23,631 bases of DNA, from NCBI GenBank assembly GCA_038831915.1, contig JAWBKB010000021.1:1-23631 (forward strand). The letters are read 5' to 3'. How positions within the stretch are numbered: the first letter of the stretch is position 1; each line of letters opens with the position of its first letter. Position numbers and translations under genes: made by a program. The stretch is from Candidatus Caldarchaeum sp. (lineage in GTDB: Archaea > Thermoproteota > Nitrososphaeria_A > Caldarchaeales > Caldarchaeaceae). The notes under the pieces are model-generated. The model was not told where the DNA came from and did not search any database. It worked only from the letters and a program-made list of their open reading frames with translations. Shown here piece by piece: positions 7,244 through 15,570 of the stretch.

Positions 7244-8721
7244 TGGTTGAAGTTTTCGATGCCAGTTTTCATGTCGGAGATGTTGACTATTGCTGCGTAT
7301 CCGATGTTTGGCTCTAGCCCGAGTGCTTTCTGGTAATCGGTCTGTTCTTGCCACGCACCTGTGTTGACCAGCCTGACACCCCTGTAAACTGTGTTGACCA
7401 AAACATGAATGTGACCTGTCTGTAGGAGATGAGGTGTTTCAGTTATGACCAAGCGGTCTGAAGTCATGGGTAGAAGCTGTGTGTTTCCTCCATAAATCGG
7501 AGATAGATGCCTGTATCTGAGCAACGTCGTGACGACTTCAACGGCTTTTTCAGGCAAGTTGCTGTATGACACGGTGGGTAGCGATTGAATAATTTCGTCG
7601 AGTCCCTGTCCGTGATAGATTGTCAGTCTTCTTCCATCAGCTACTATTTCTGCCGGATTTGAAACGTGGATGATTTCACGTTTTTCGTTTAATATGCGTC
7701 GGTATCGAGGCTGAAGAGGTGGCTGTGGAAGAGCTTTTCGCACTGGCTCGTGGTTGCCCGGGCTGAACACAATTTTAATGCGTTGTGGAATCTCAGCCAA
7801 AAGCTCAGCAGCCGCCTTAAGCTGGTCTTCGACGTTCCTCAACTCCAAGTCTTTTTCCTGTCCAGGATAGATTCCAATGCCTTCCACAAGGTCTCCACAG
7901 ATAATCAAATGTGAAATTCTCTTCACGACGCCGTCACGTCCTCGGTTCAGCCAGTCCAAAAACCTTTCAAACGAATCTTTGCGGAAATGTTTACTTCCGA
8001 CATGAACGTCCGACGTTAACACGAAATAGTTTTCAGGAATTTTGTTACTTATTCGAATGCTATTTTCATCGACATCAGGTAGGATGATGTCCGTTAATAT
8101 GTTGAGATCACCCAGTCTTTTTATCTTTAGACCGATGACAACATCTGTAAGAAGCTCCAGCGCCAAGTCATAGAGTTGCTGATTTTTCCTCGAAACCACA
8201 ACATATGTCTGGCCTGACGGGTCGTCAACTTCAAGTCTCAGAGAATTCTTCTGCTCTTGCTTAGAAAGAACCATCACGGCGACAGATGCTTCTTCACCAT
8301 TTTTCAAAGCCGGTATTTCGGATACCGGGATAAAATCAACGCGTCTCTTTGACAGAAGCTTTCGCAGTTCATGATATCTGTGGAGGAACAATTTATGGAA
8401 TTCAGCGAAATCGCCTTCAACCCTGTACGAATCATCGATGGAGTTTATCGTTTCAACAGACGGAACGTAAACGGGAGGTTCTTCGACAACGGTGTGAACG
8501 GGTTGCATTTCCGGTTGCTCCACCGCCAAAACGAGATGTTGCGCGTCTATAACTGGTGAATCAGGACTGATTTTCTTCATCTTGTCAATGGTTCTATAAA
8601 GTACTTGATGCGGGTCGCTGCACGTCTCAAGTTTTTGAAGAGCTTTCTCGGTAAGTTGAAAACCCTCGCTAACAGCCGTGGACACCAATTCTTTGTAGAG
8701 CTGGCGGCGGAGCTGCGACAA
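7240..8721 (-). CDS. polD1: DNA polymerase D small (proofreading exonuclease) subunit DP1
   Basis: OB-fold region plus intact calcineurin-like motifs SDVHVGS, GDLVEGIGIYPGQ, PGNHE, YHG, RHLSP and GHIH. Likely start is TTG 8721, preceded by a GGAG SD (the track extends to 8772). Confidence 0.93.
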   Translation of the reverse strand: MSQLRRQLYKELVSTAVSEGFQLTEKALQKLETCSDPHQVLYRTIDKMKKISPDSPVIDAQHLVLAVEQPEMQPVHTVVEEPPVYVPSVETINSIDDSYRVEGDFAEFHKLFLHRYHELRKLLSKRRVDFIPVSEIPALKNGEEASVAVMVLSKQEQKNSLRLEVDDPSGQTYVVVSRKNQQLYDLALELLTDVVIGLKIKRLGDLNILTDIILPDVDENSIRISNKIPENYFVLTSDVHVGSKHFRKDSFERFLDWLNRGRDGVVKRISHLIICGDLVEGIGIYPGQEKDLELRNVEDQLKAAAELLAEIPQRIKIVFSPGNHEPVRKALPQPPLQPRYRRILNEKREIIHVSNPAEIVADGRRLTIYHGQGLDEIIQSLPTVSYSNLPEKAVEVVTTLLRYRHLSPIYGGNTQLLPMTSDRLVITETPHLLQTGHIHVLVNTVYRGVRLVNTGAWQEQTDYQKALGLEPNIGYAAIVNISDMKTGIENFNH

Positions 8722-8797
8722 CCTGAGTATCTCCTGTTCGGAAGTAAAATAAATCCGTAAATAGCTTGTCAACCCGTTCCTGTTGATATGTATATCG

Positions 8798-10077
8798 GTG
8801 GCTCGAGAACGAGAATTCTTTTTCCGTAAGAGAGGGTTTACGCCTCGTTTTGTGGAATATGTGGAAGATCCTGTTACGGGCTCTGTGGTGGTGGTTATGG
8901 CGGACCCTCATTCGCGGCGGTCAGCTTACATCTACGACCCGTTTGAACAGAAAATCATCTGAGAATACCCTGTGTCAGGAACGAGGTTGACCGCCAACCC
9001 GCACATCGCCAGAATTATCACGGAGCCCATGCCCGCTTTCAACGCCAACCCTGGAGACGTTGTCTGCGCCGCCCTCGACAACCGCTTCATAGTCGTGGAC
9101 AGAGTAACAAAAGCCGTCAAATTGAGCTGCAAACCACCGGACGCCTTCTGGTCTCATGACATTTTAGCGACCAAAGATTTCGATGGATTTTTAACGACGG
9201 ATTACGGCAACGGTTTACTCCGAAAAATTGACGTTGCTAGAAAGCAGGTATGGAGCCTAGAGCTCGGAAAAGGGTTGGCCAAGCTGTCGAAAATCCATGG
9301 TGACACGCCGAGCAAAGTTCATGGAAACAGTTTTGGCGGCGACGTTTTGGCAGCCGTCAACCAGGATATTCACGGTGTCTATGAAGTTAGAGAGGAAGAC
9401 GGCTCGATTGTCTGGCAATGTCCACCACCATGCGGCTCTAAGAATTGCTTTTTCACGCTGAAGCCGCATTCAGCTCTGCGGCTGGGTTTGGCGGAGCTCG
9501 GCGGAAATCTCACGGTGTTCAATCACGAAGCCGGCGGAGGATTCATCGCTCTAGACCGGAACTGTAGGCCAAGATGAGGTGTGATGAAGCCTTTTACAAA
9601 GTTTAGCGATTCAGAAATTTACAGACCGATGAAACACGGGCTTTACGAGACCACGCATGTCTTTCAAACCCCAAGCGCGTTTCTGGGAATAATAGACTGG
9701 GACGGCCCAGACTATTCAACAGTTTTTGAAATACTGGAGCCTCCCAGAGACACTGCGCTTTACTGGCTTCTGGCGTGGGACCGGAAAAGCTCAAGAGAGG
9801 ATGAATGGCTCGACCCGTCTGTTGAAACGCGCGAATGGCGCCAAACAGTTTTCCAATTCGTCAACAAGGGCGAAGAGCGGCTACATGCGAAAATTTACGG
9901 CACATATTCGCCGGTGGTCGATGCATCTGATTCTTCCATCTGGAGTTTGGTTTCAGCGATACAGGTCGAGCCGAAGGGATTCGAAGAATTCCGTGCAGAA
10001 GGTTTTCAGCTGTTCGTGTGGCCGTCTCGTCGTAAGGAGAAACGGTTTACACGGTTTACGTCGTCAACAAAGGCTGA
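8798..10077 (+). pseudogene. Disrupted beta-propeller-like protein gene (about 425 codons)
   Basis: One frame from GTG 8798 runs through TGA 8960-8962 (QKII*EYP) and TGA 9575-9577 (CRPR*GVM). Probable 1-nt loss in the T-run at 10003-10006, then TAA 10033-10035, ending at TGA 10075-10077. Repeated D..x-[IV]W blade-like motifs. Confidence 0.65.
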
Positions 10078-10135
10078 TGCATTTTCGCGCTTCTCTCTCA
10101 ACTTATCAATAACGACGGCCCAATTAAGCATCGGC

Positions 10136-10432
10136 ATGGGAAGAACCGCTCCAACCTATAGGCAGATGCTTGAAGCAGAGGTGCAGAGCTGGGCAGAATT
10201 TAGAAAAGCTCTTCTGAAGAATGAACGCGAATCGTTTGATAGGTTGGTGAGCCAGTCGTTCCGTTACGTTCATGCGGGAACCATGAACCCTCTCCGCAAA
10301 CCGTTTGAAAACTTTGTGATGTCTGTTCTTCTTTCTCACGAAGAAAGGCTTTGGATGCTCGAGGAAAACCTCAGAAAAACCATGCAGATAGACGGTCCCG
10401 GCCGGTTAGCTAGTTTGCAAGATTTTTTTTAG
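10136..10432 (+). CDS. Small helical protein resembling the PolB2-associated arCOG07300 (PPB2) family, with a C-terminal PIP-like motif
   Basis: MGRTAPTYRQMLE..W.EFRKAL...RESFDRL....AG......PFE...MSVLL matches my recollection of this family. Own ATG at 10136; ends LASLQDFF*. Confidence 0.65.
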   Translation: MGRTAPTYRQMLEAEVQSWAEFRKALLKNERESFDRLVSQSFRYVHAGTMNPLRKPFENFVMSVLLSHEERLWMLEENLRKTMQIDGPGRLASLQDFF

Positions 10433-10437
10433 CACCC

Positions 10438-10445
10438 TTTAAATA
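10438..10445 (+). promoter_or_regulatory. TATA box of tRNA-Ile2
   Basis: TTTAAATA 28 nt upstream of the tRNA 5' end. Confidence 0.65.
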
Positions 10446-10473
10446 ATCCCCGACGACTAATTCAAAACGGACA

Positions 10474-10548
10474 GGGCCCGTAGCTCAGCCAGGTTAGAGC
10501 GCCAGGCTCATAACCTGGTGGCCGTGGGTTCGAATCCCACCGGGCCCA
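10474..10548 (+). tRNA. tRNA with CAU anticodon, most likely tRNA-Ile2 (agmatidine-modified, reads AUA)
   Basis: GGGCCCG TA GCTC AGCCAGGTTA GAGC G CCAGG CT CAT AA CCTGG TGGCC GTGGG TTCGAAT CCCAC CGGGCCC A. The GGGCCC acceptor stem is Ile-type, and the initiator A1:U72 pair and GGG/CCC anticodon stem are absent. Confidence 0.9.
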
Positions 10549-10753
10549 TCCCGTAAGCGAACCCAACCATTCCCCCAAGCCGGTGTCAGTTGGAATCTTC
10601 CGTCTACCAAACTTGTAATGCGGAATGTAGCGAAAAACATCCGATGCATGATGTGTCGTTGTGCTTGCAAGCATTTGCGTTCATATGGTGAATAAATGTC
10701 CATGATAATCCTTAGGGCAAACCCGAGTTGCAGGAGCTGTACGCAGCGGACGG

Positions 10754-11464
10754 TCAAAGTCCGAGATAGTGTTTTTTCAGATGTTCGTTTTCTTCTATCT
10801 CTTTTTTTGTTCCGGATAGGACGATTTTCCCGTTTTCCATAACATATGCGTAGTCACATATTGAAAGAGCTTTTTCAACAAACTGGTCGATGATGAATAC
10901 TGTGAAGCCTTTTTCTTTGAGTTCAACGAGTTTTTCGAAGATTAGCTCGACGAGTTTTGGTGCGAGGCCGCTGCTCGGCTCGTCGACGATGAGCAGGTCG
11001 GATCTTGAAACTAGGGCGCGGGCTATTGCGAGCATCTGTGCTTCGCCGCCGCTTAGCTGTCGAGCAGGTTGATTCCTTCTCTCCCTGAGGATGGGGAACA
11101 GTTCTTCGACCCATGCAATTCTGTCCTTGACTTCGTCGTTGTCGCTGGTTGTATAAGCCCCCATCAGCAAATTCTCTCGAACCGTTAGGTTCTGGAAAAG
11201 TCGTCTTCCCTCGGGAACCACTGACAGCCCCATTTGGCGGATGCGGTATGGCGACTGACCGGTTATGTCAATGTTTTTGAAAGTTATTCTCCCGGAGTAG
11301 GGCTTAATGAGCCCGGCGATGGTTTTAATAAGAGTTGTTTTACCAGCTCCGTTCGGACCTATCAAAGCTGTCACGCTTTTGTCGGAAATCATTATGCTGA
11401 CGTCCCAGAGTATTTGAAGCTTCGAGTAACCCGCGTTGATGTGGTCAACTGTGAGGAGATTCAT
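10754..11464 (-). CDS. livF: Branched-chain amino acid-type ABC transporter ATPase
   Basis: GPNGAGKTT, VPEGRRLF..LTVRENL, LSGGEAQMLAIARAL and DEPSSGLAP motifs. Confidence 0.93.
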   Translation of the reverse strand: MNLLTVDHINAGYSKLQILWDVSIMISDKSVTALIGPNGAGKTTLIKTIAGLIKPYSGRITFKNIDITGQSPYRIRQMGLSVVPEGRRLFQNLTVRENLLMGAYTTSDNDEVKDRIAWVEELFPILRERRNQPARQLSGGEAQMLAIARALVSRSDLLIVDEPSSGLAPKLVELIFEKLVELKEKGFTVFIIDQFVEKALSICDYAYVMENGKIVLSGTKKEIEENEHLKKHYLGL

Positions 11465-12216
11465 TTTTCCCTCACCATCTTTTTCCCGCTATTTCTCGTT
11501 CCAAGATACGCCTCTATGACCTTCAAGTCGTTCGTGACTTCGTGCGGCGTTCCTTGGCTGATGACTTCGCCGTAATTTAAGACGAAGACCCTGTTCGAGA
11601 TGTTCATCACAAACCTCATCACGTGTTCAACTAGCAGGACTGTAATTTTGAGTTCTCGGTTTATTTTTCTCACCAGTTGTGTCATTTGGTCGACTTCGGC
11701 GGGTGTGAGGCCTGAAACCAATTCGTCGAGAAGAAGTAGTTTGGGTTCTGTGGCGAGGCTGCGAGCCAATTCGACGAGTTTCAGCTGAACCGTGTTCAGT
11801 TCCTTCGAATATTTTTTCCTCAGCGCTTGTATGTCGACGAGTTCAATTGCCTTATCCGCTTTTTCGGCTGCTTTTTTACTGTCTCTCGTTCTGAGATATG
11901 CTCCTACAAGCACGGATTCTTCGACTGTCATTCCTAGGAAGGGCTTCACTATCTGAAAACACCTTGCCACACCCTTCGCAGCGATTTTATGCGGCGGAAG
12001 ACCTGTGACGTTCTCGCCGAAGATTTTGACTGTTCCTTTGTCGGGCTTCAAAAACCCGGTGATCACGTTAAACAGGGTTGTTTTTCCCGCTCCATTCGGC
12101 CCTATAAGCCCAACGACTTCGTTTTCTTCAACTGATAGATTGACTTTTTGCAGCGCGGTCAAGGCTGCAAATGTTTTCGTGACATTTTCGACTTCAAGCA
12201 CTTTCAAGGTTATCAC
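11461..12216 (-). CDS. livG: Branched-chain amino acid-type ABC transporter ATPase
   Basis: GLIGPNGAGKTTLFNVITG, ARCFQ, LLLLDE, VEH and VIEAYLG motifs. Confidence 0.93.
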   Translation of the reverse strand: MITLKVLEVENVTKTFAALTALQKVNLSVEENEVVGLIGPNGAGKTTLFNVITGFLKPDKGTVKIFGENVTGLPPHKIAAKGVARCFQIVKPFLGMTVEESVLVGAYLRTRDSKKAAEKADKAIELVDIQALRKKYSKELNTVQLKLVELARSLATEPKLLLLDELVSGLTPAEVDQMTQLVRKINRELKITVLLVEHVMRFVMNISNRVFVLNYGEVISQGTPHEVTNDLKVIEAYLGTRNSGKKMVREK

Positions 12217-13216
12217 CTTGGTTGCGGAGCGGCGGTGGTAGGAGGCTTGTAATGCTGGGGGCCGATTTTTTGATCAGCGAGTCGATGAATGGGCCGAATC
12301 CTTCAGGCTTGAATAGAATAATGATGACGAGGATAATTCCAAAGATCACCTGATGAAGGCCGACGATTATCGCGCCGATGCTTATTCTCAGGTATTCCTG
12401 CACTGTTAATAGAATGATGGATAGAATAGGTGGGCCTGTGAAATGTCCGAGTCCGCCGGCGATGGCGAGTGTAACGGTTTGGATGCTTATCCAGCTGTCG
12501 AAGAGAGTGGGATGGTAGAAGCCTACCATGCTCGCGTAGATTCCTCCGGTCATAGCTGTAATGAAGCTATACATCATCAAGGCTTGCAACTTGTATTTCC
12601 TGACGTCTACTCCAAGCATTTCGGCTGCGTCCTCGTTTTCCCGTATACTTATAAGGTAAAGTCCCATTTTGCTCCGTCTAACTCGATGAACAATTAGGAA
12701 TGTTATCGCTAAAAGTGCAAATGACACATAGTAGTAGAAGACCTTGTAGCCCGATCTCATGAAAATGGGGTCGAATTCAACGTATGGGATGTATCGTTCA
12801 AGTGGACCGGCGATGTCTGTCCAGAGAAGGAAAATTTTCTGGAGAATCAGGACGAGCGCGAGGGATGACAGTGCATACCACACTTCGCGTAGGCCGAACC
12901 TGAAGCTGGGATATCCGATTAAAAAAGCGACGGCGGCTGCTGCGAAACCACTGACAACCAGTCCTATCCATCCAGAGATTCCATGGTAGACCATGAGGTA
13001 GCCCGTTATGATGGCTCCAAGTCCGTGATAGGCTCCAGCGCCGAGGTCGAGCTGCCCCGCGTAGCCTCCGATTAACTGCCATGCCACAACGATGCTGGTG
13101 TATAAAACGATTAAGGTTGTGAGGAAGAGATAGTACTCGTTGAGGCCAAGCATGAATGGAAGGGCGAATCCCAGCAACAGGATAAGGAGTAACGGTAGAT
13201 ACCTAACCATTTTCAA
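12194..13216 (-). CDS. livM: Branched-chain amino acid-type ABC permease
   Basis: GYAGQL, SIRENEDAAEMLGVD; polytopic membrane protein. Start is either TTG 13216 or ATG 13210. Confidence 0.9.
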   Translation of the reverse strand: MKMVRYLPLLLILLLGFALPFMLGLNEYYLFLTTLIVLYTSIVVAWQLIGGYAGQLDLGAGAYHGLGAIITGYLMVYHGISGWIGLVVSGFAAAAVAFLIGYPSFRFGLREVWYALSSLALVLILQKIFLLWTDIAGPLERYIPYVEFDPIFMRSGYKVFYYYVSFALLAITFLIVHRVRRSKMGLYLISIRENEDAAEMLGVDVRKYKLQALMMYSFITAMTGGIYASMVGFYHPTLFDSWISIQTVTLAIAGGLGHFTGPPILSIILLTVQEYLRISIGAIIVGLHQVIFGIILVIIILFKPEGFGPFIDSLIKKSAPSITSLLPPPLRNQGDNLESA

Positions 13217-14091
13217 CGCCTCCCGAACAAACCTTTGGGCCTAACCCATAGAATGAGGATGAACAACCCGTACAGGACAATTTCTCTACCCCTCGCATCC
13301 CAGAAGCCTGAAGCGAAGCTGTCGGCAAGTCCAAAAATTATCGATGCGATGAAGATGCCTTTAACTGTTCCCAGCCCAGCGAGCGCGACTATCGCCCAGG
13401 TCAACAGCCCAAATAAAAGTCCCGATGTCGGTGTGACCGCTTGGTAAGTCATGATGAGTGAGCCGGATAAACCGACCAGAGCCATGCTTATGCCCGTGGT
13501 TAATAGAAACAGTTTTCCGATGTCGACGCCCATGAGTGAAACTGCTTCGACGTCGTCAGCCGCGGCCCTCATAGCGACTCCGACGCGGGTTTTTTCGAGG
13601 AATATGTGAAGAAGCAGCAGGGTCGCGACACTGACAGTGGTCGCCAGTAGTTTGTCGAGGGGGATGATTATGGGGCCGATGTTGACGGATGTTGCGAAAA
13701 TCGTGTAAGGCGGTGCTTTCGGCTCAGCGGCCCAAACAGCTAAAGCGAGATTTCGGAGCAGAACCACGATTCCAACCGTGGCCGCAATCTGGGAGAGCGG
13801 GGGAGCTTTTATCAACCGCTTAAAGATACCCAAGTAGGTTAGAACACCTATTCCGAAGAAAATCGGAATGGTCAAAATCGGTGAAAGAACAGGGTCGCCG
13901 AAGAAACTTATGGTTAGGAAGTAGGTTATGTACATGGCGAGCATGATGTATTCGCCGTGGGCGAAGTTGATGAGGTTCGCGACACCGAACAAGAGCGATA
14001 GACCCATGGCGGCGAGCGCGTAAACACCGCCCAACATCAGACCGAAAACTATTGTTTGAGCTAACTGGACGCCAAAGTCCACACCGACCAT
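13213..14091 (-). CDS. livH: Branched-chain amino acid-type ABC permease
   Basis: YALAAMGLSLLFG..INFAHGE, G.AMRA and RPKGLFG motifs. Confidence 0.92.
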   Translation of the reverse strand: MVGVDFGVQLAQTIVFGLMLGGVYALAAMGLSLLFGVANLINFAHGEYIMLAMYITYFLTISFFGDPVLSPILTIPIFFGIGVLTYLGIFKRLIKAPPLSQIAATVGIVVLLRNLALAVWAAEPKAPPYTIFATSVNIGPIIIPLDKLLATTVSVATLLLLHIFLEKTRVGVAMRAAADDVEAVSLMGVDIGKLFLLTTGISMALVGLSGSLIMTYQAVTPTSGLLFGLLTWAIVALAGLGTVKGIFIASIIFGLADSFASGFWDARGREIVLYGLFILILWVRPKGLFGRR

Positions 14092-14129
14092 TCATAAACA
14101 CCGAGAAACTGAAGAAAAAAATGTAGAAT

Positions 14130-15413
14130 TTAAGGTCTCGGAAAGACCGGTTTGGCGCCTGCTTTTTCGAAGGGATAGATGAGGACCGGTTTGCCGCCTT
14201 GAACCTGCAAGACTACTGCCTGAGCGTAAATGTTGTCTCCTGTTGGGCCGAGCTTGATTCTGCCCGATGGATATGTTTCAGCCGCTGGCCCGGTTTTCAG
14301 GTCCAGTTCCATCAAAGCTTTCATAAGATTGTCGCCGTCGAGCGGGTTGTCCGGGAACATTTTTCCGCTAAGCTCCAATGCTTCTTTCAACGTCCACAGA
14401 GTGTAGAATATAATTCCAGCGGCCTCTGTCGGAAGCTTGCCATACTTGTTCTGGAATCTTTGAACGAGTTGTTTGTTGTATTCGGTTGGCAGGAAGGGGT
14501 CGTAGCTGTAAGTGTTCGTCATGTATTCGCTAGCGTCCCCGGCTGCCTTTATTGATTCAGGGTCGGAAAGACCAGTTCCACCCGCTCCTGCAATGAATGG
14601 GACTTTTAATCCAAGTGATTTGACGGCTTTCGCGAAAAGCACCGAGTCTGCGTAATACGGCACAACGAAAACTACGTCTGGATTTGCTTGGCGGATTCTT
14701 TCGATGATGGGCGACATGTCGGTTATGTCTGTTGGGTATTTGATCCGGTCTACCGGCCTGATTCCTAGGTCTCTCAATCGAGTGTAGATGCCGTCGGCGG
14801 TTACTTCGCCGAATAGTCCGTCGAAGTGAACTATTACGGGCCTTTGTATCTTCATTCCGTTTTGTTTGAAGACTTCTACTGCGAAATCAACGCTGGTTGC
14901 GCCATGTACTGAAGCTTTGGGTGGAAGCCTGACGATATATTTGAATCCTCTCGCCGTGAGGTAGTCGACCAAAGCATCTGCCATCACCACAATTTTCCGA
15001 GGCTCTGTAACGTCCAGCATCGTCAAAGTATGAGCGCTGATGAAAGCTCCGATGATGACGTTTACGCGGTCGACGTTGACCAGTTTTTCAGCGGCTAGCC
15101 TAGCGCCGTCAGCGGTGCTTTTACTGTCTTCAACGAATAGACGGAGTTTTGCGCCGCCGAGACTGGTTATTCCACCTTTGTTGTTGATTTCTTCGACGAT
15201 TAGTTCAGCAGCGTTTTTTGCTTCGTTGCCGAACACTGCGTAGGCGCCGCTCAACGGCTCGACAAGCCCGACTCTAATCTCGCTGACTTTTGGCTGTGTA
15301 GTGGATGGCGTTATCACGGTGAAGAACGCCACTCCCACTAGCGCGACGATCACAACAGCTGCTACAACGACTAACGCCACAGTTTTACTCAAACCTAGTC
15401 GGTTTCTTTTCAC
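14130..15413 (-). CDS. LivJ/LivK-like ABC substrate-binding protein
   Basis: Positively charged N-terminus followed by a hydrophobic anchor. PLSGAYAVFG, EINNKGGI and EDSKS motifs. GGAG SD upstream of the GTG start. Confidence 0.88.
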   Translation of the reverse strand: MKRNRLGLSKTVALVVVAAVVIVALVGVAFFTVITPSTTQPKVSEIRVGLVEPLSGAYAVFGNEAKNAAELIVEEINNKGGITSLGGAKLRLFVEDSKSTADGARLAAEKLVNVDRVNVIIGAFISAHTLTMLDVTEPRKIVVMADALVDYLTARGFKYIVRLPPKASVHGATSVDFAVEVFKQNGMKIQRPVIVHFDGLFGEVTADGIYTRLRDLGIRPVDRIKYPTDITDMSPIIERIRQANPDVVFVVPYYADSVLFAKAVKSLGLKVPFIAGAGGTGLSDPESIKAAGDASEYMTNTYSYDPFLPTEYNKQLVQRFQNKYGKLPTEAAGIIFYTLWTLKEALELSGKMFPDNPLDGDNLMKALMELDLKTGPAAETYPSGRIKLGPTGDNIYAQAVVLQVQGGKPVLIYPFEKAGAKPVFPRP

Positions 15414-15436
15414 GATTCGGCTCCATGTCTATCTCG

Positions 15437-15460
15437 TATTTAAATAATTATACAATAATT
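15437..15460 (-). promoter_or_regulatory. liv operon TATA box plus adjacent inverted repeat (candidate operator)
   Basis: TATTTAAATA box at 15437-15446; AATTAT-ACA-ATAATT at 15446-15460. Confidence 0.45.
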
Positions 15461-15537
15461 TTCGATAGTCCTGGTGTGTCAGTTGCATTCCGCACAGAAT
15501 ATTTGGGTAGGGTTTGTCTCTAATTTGGTTTGTAATG

Positions 15538-15545
15538 TTTATATA
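15538..15545 (+). promoter_or_regulatory. TATA box for nnrE
   Basis: TTTATATA 25 nt upstream of the TTG at 15571. Confidence 0.55.
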
Positions 15546-15570
15546 AAAAACGGAATAGACCGGTGATGGA

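Noticed and set aside
342-9577. Genome-wide UGA=Trp or selenocysteine recoding
   Set aside because: TGA ends intact genes here (trxB, ksgA, livF, livG, livH, glyA), TGG is used normally for Trp, both TGA-containing genes carry other lesions, and the positions fit Trp rather than Cys.
10042-10059. Tandem 9-mer ACGGTTTAC x2
   Set aside because: Only two copies, encoding TVYTVY in the reconstructed frame. Not an array.
10081-10086. ATTTTC matching the Sulfolobus ANTTTC DNA-damage element upstream of the PPB2-like gene
   Set aside because: A degenerate hexamer occurs often by chance and cannot be supported without expression data.
9581-10432. 283-aa ORF as a single real fusion protein
   Set aside because: The linker (FQLFVWPSRRKEKRF...) looks like off-frame and intergenic sequence produced by a frameshift at about 10003. 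The C-terminal part has its own ATG and a family-like N-terminus.
10474-10548. Initiator or elongator tRNA-Met
   Set aside because: No A1:U72 pair or triple G:C anticodon stem, and the GGGCCCG acceptor stem matches archaeal Ile2 tRNAs. Elongator Met is less likely but not formally excluded.
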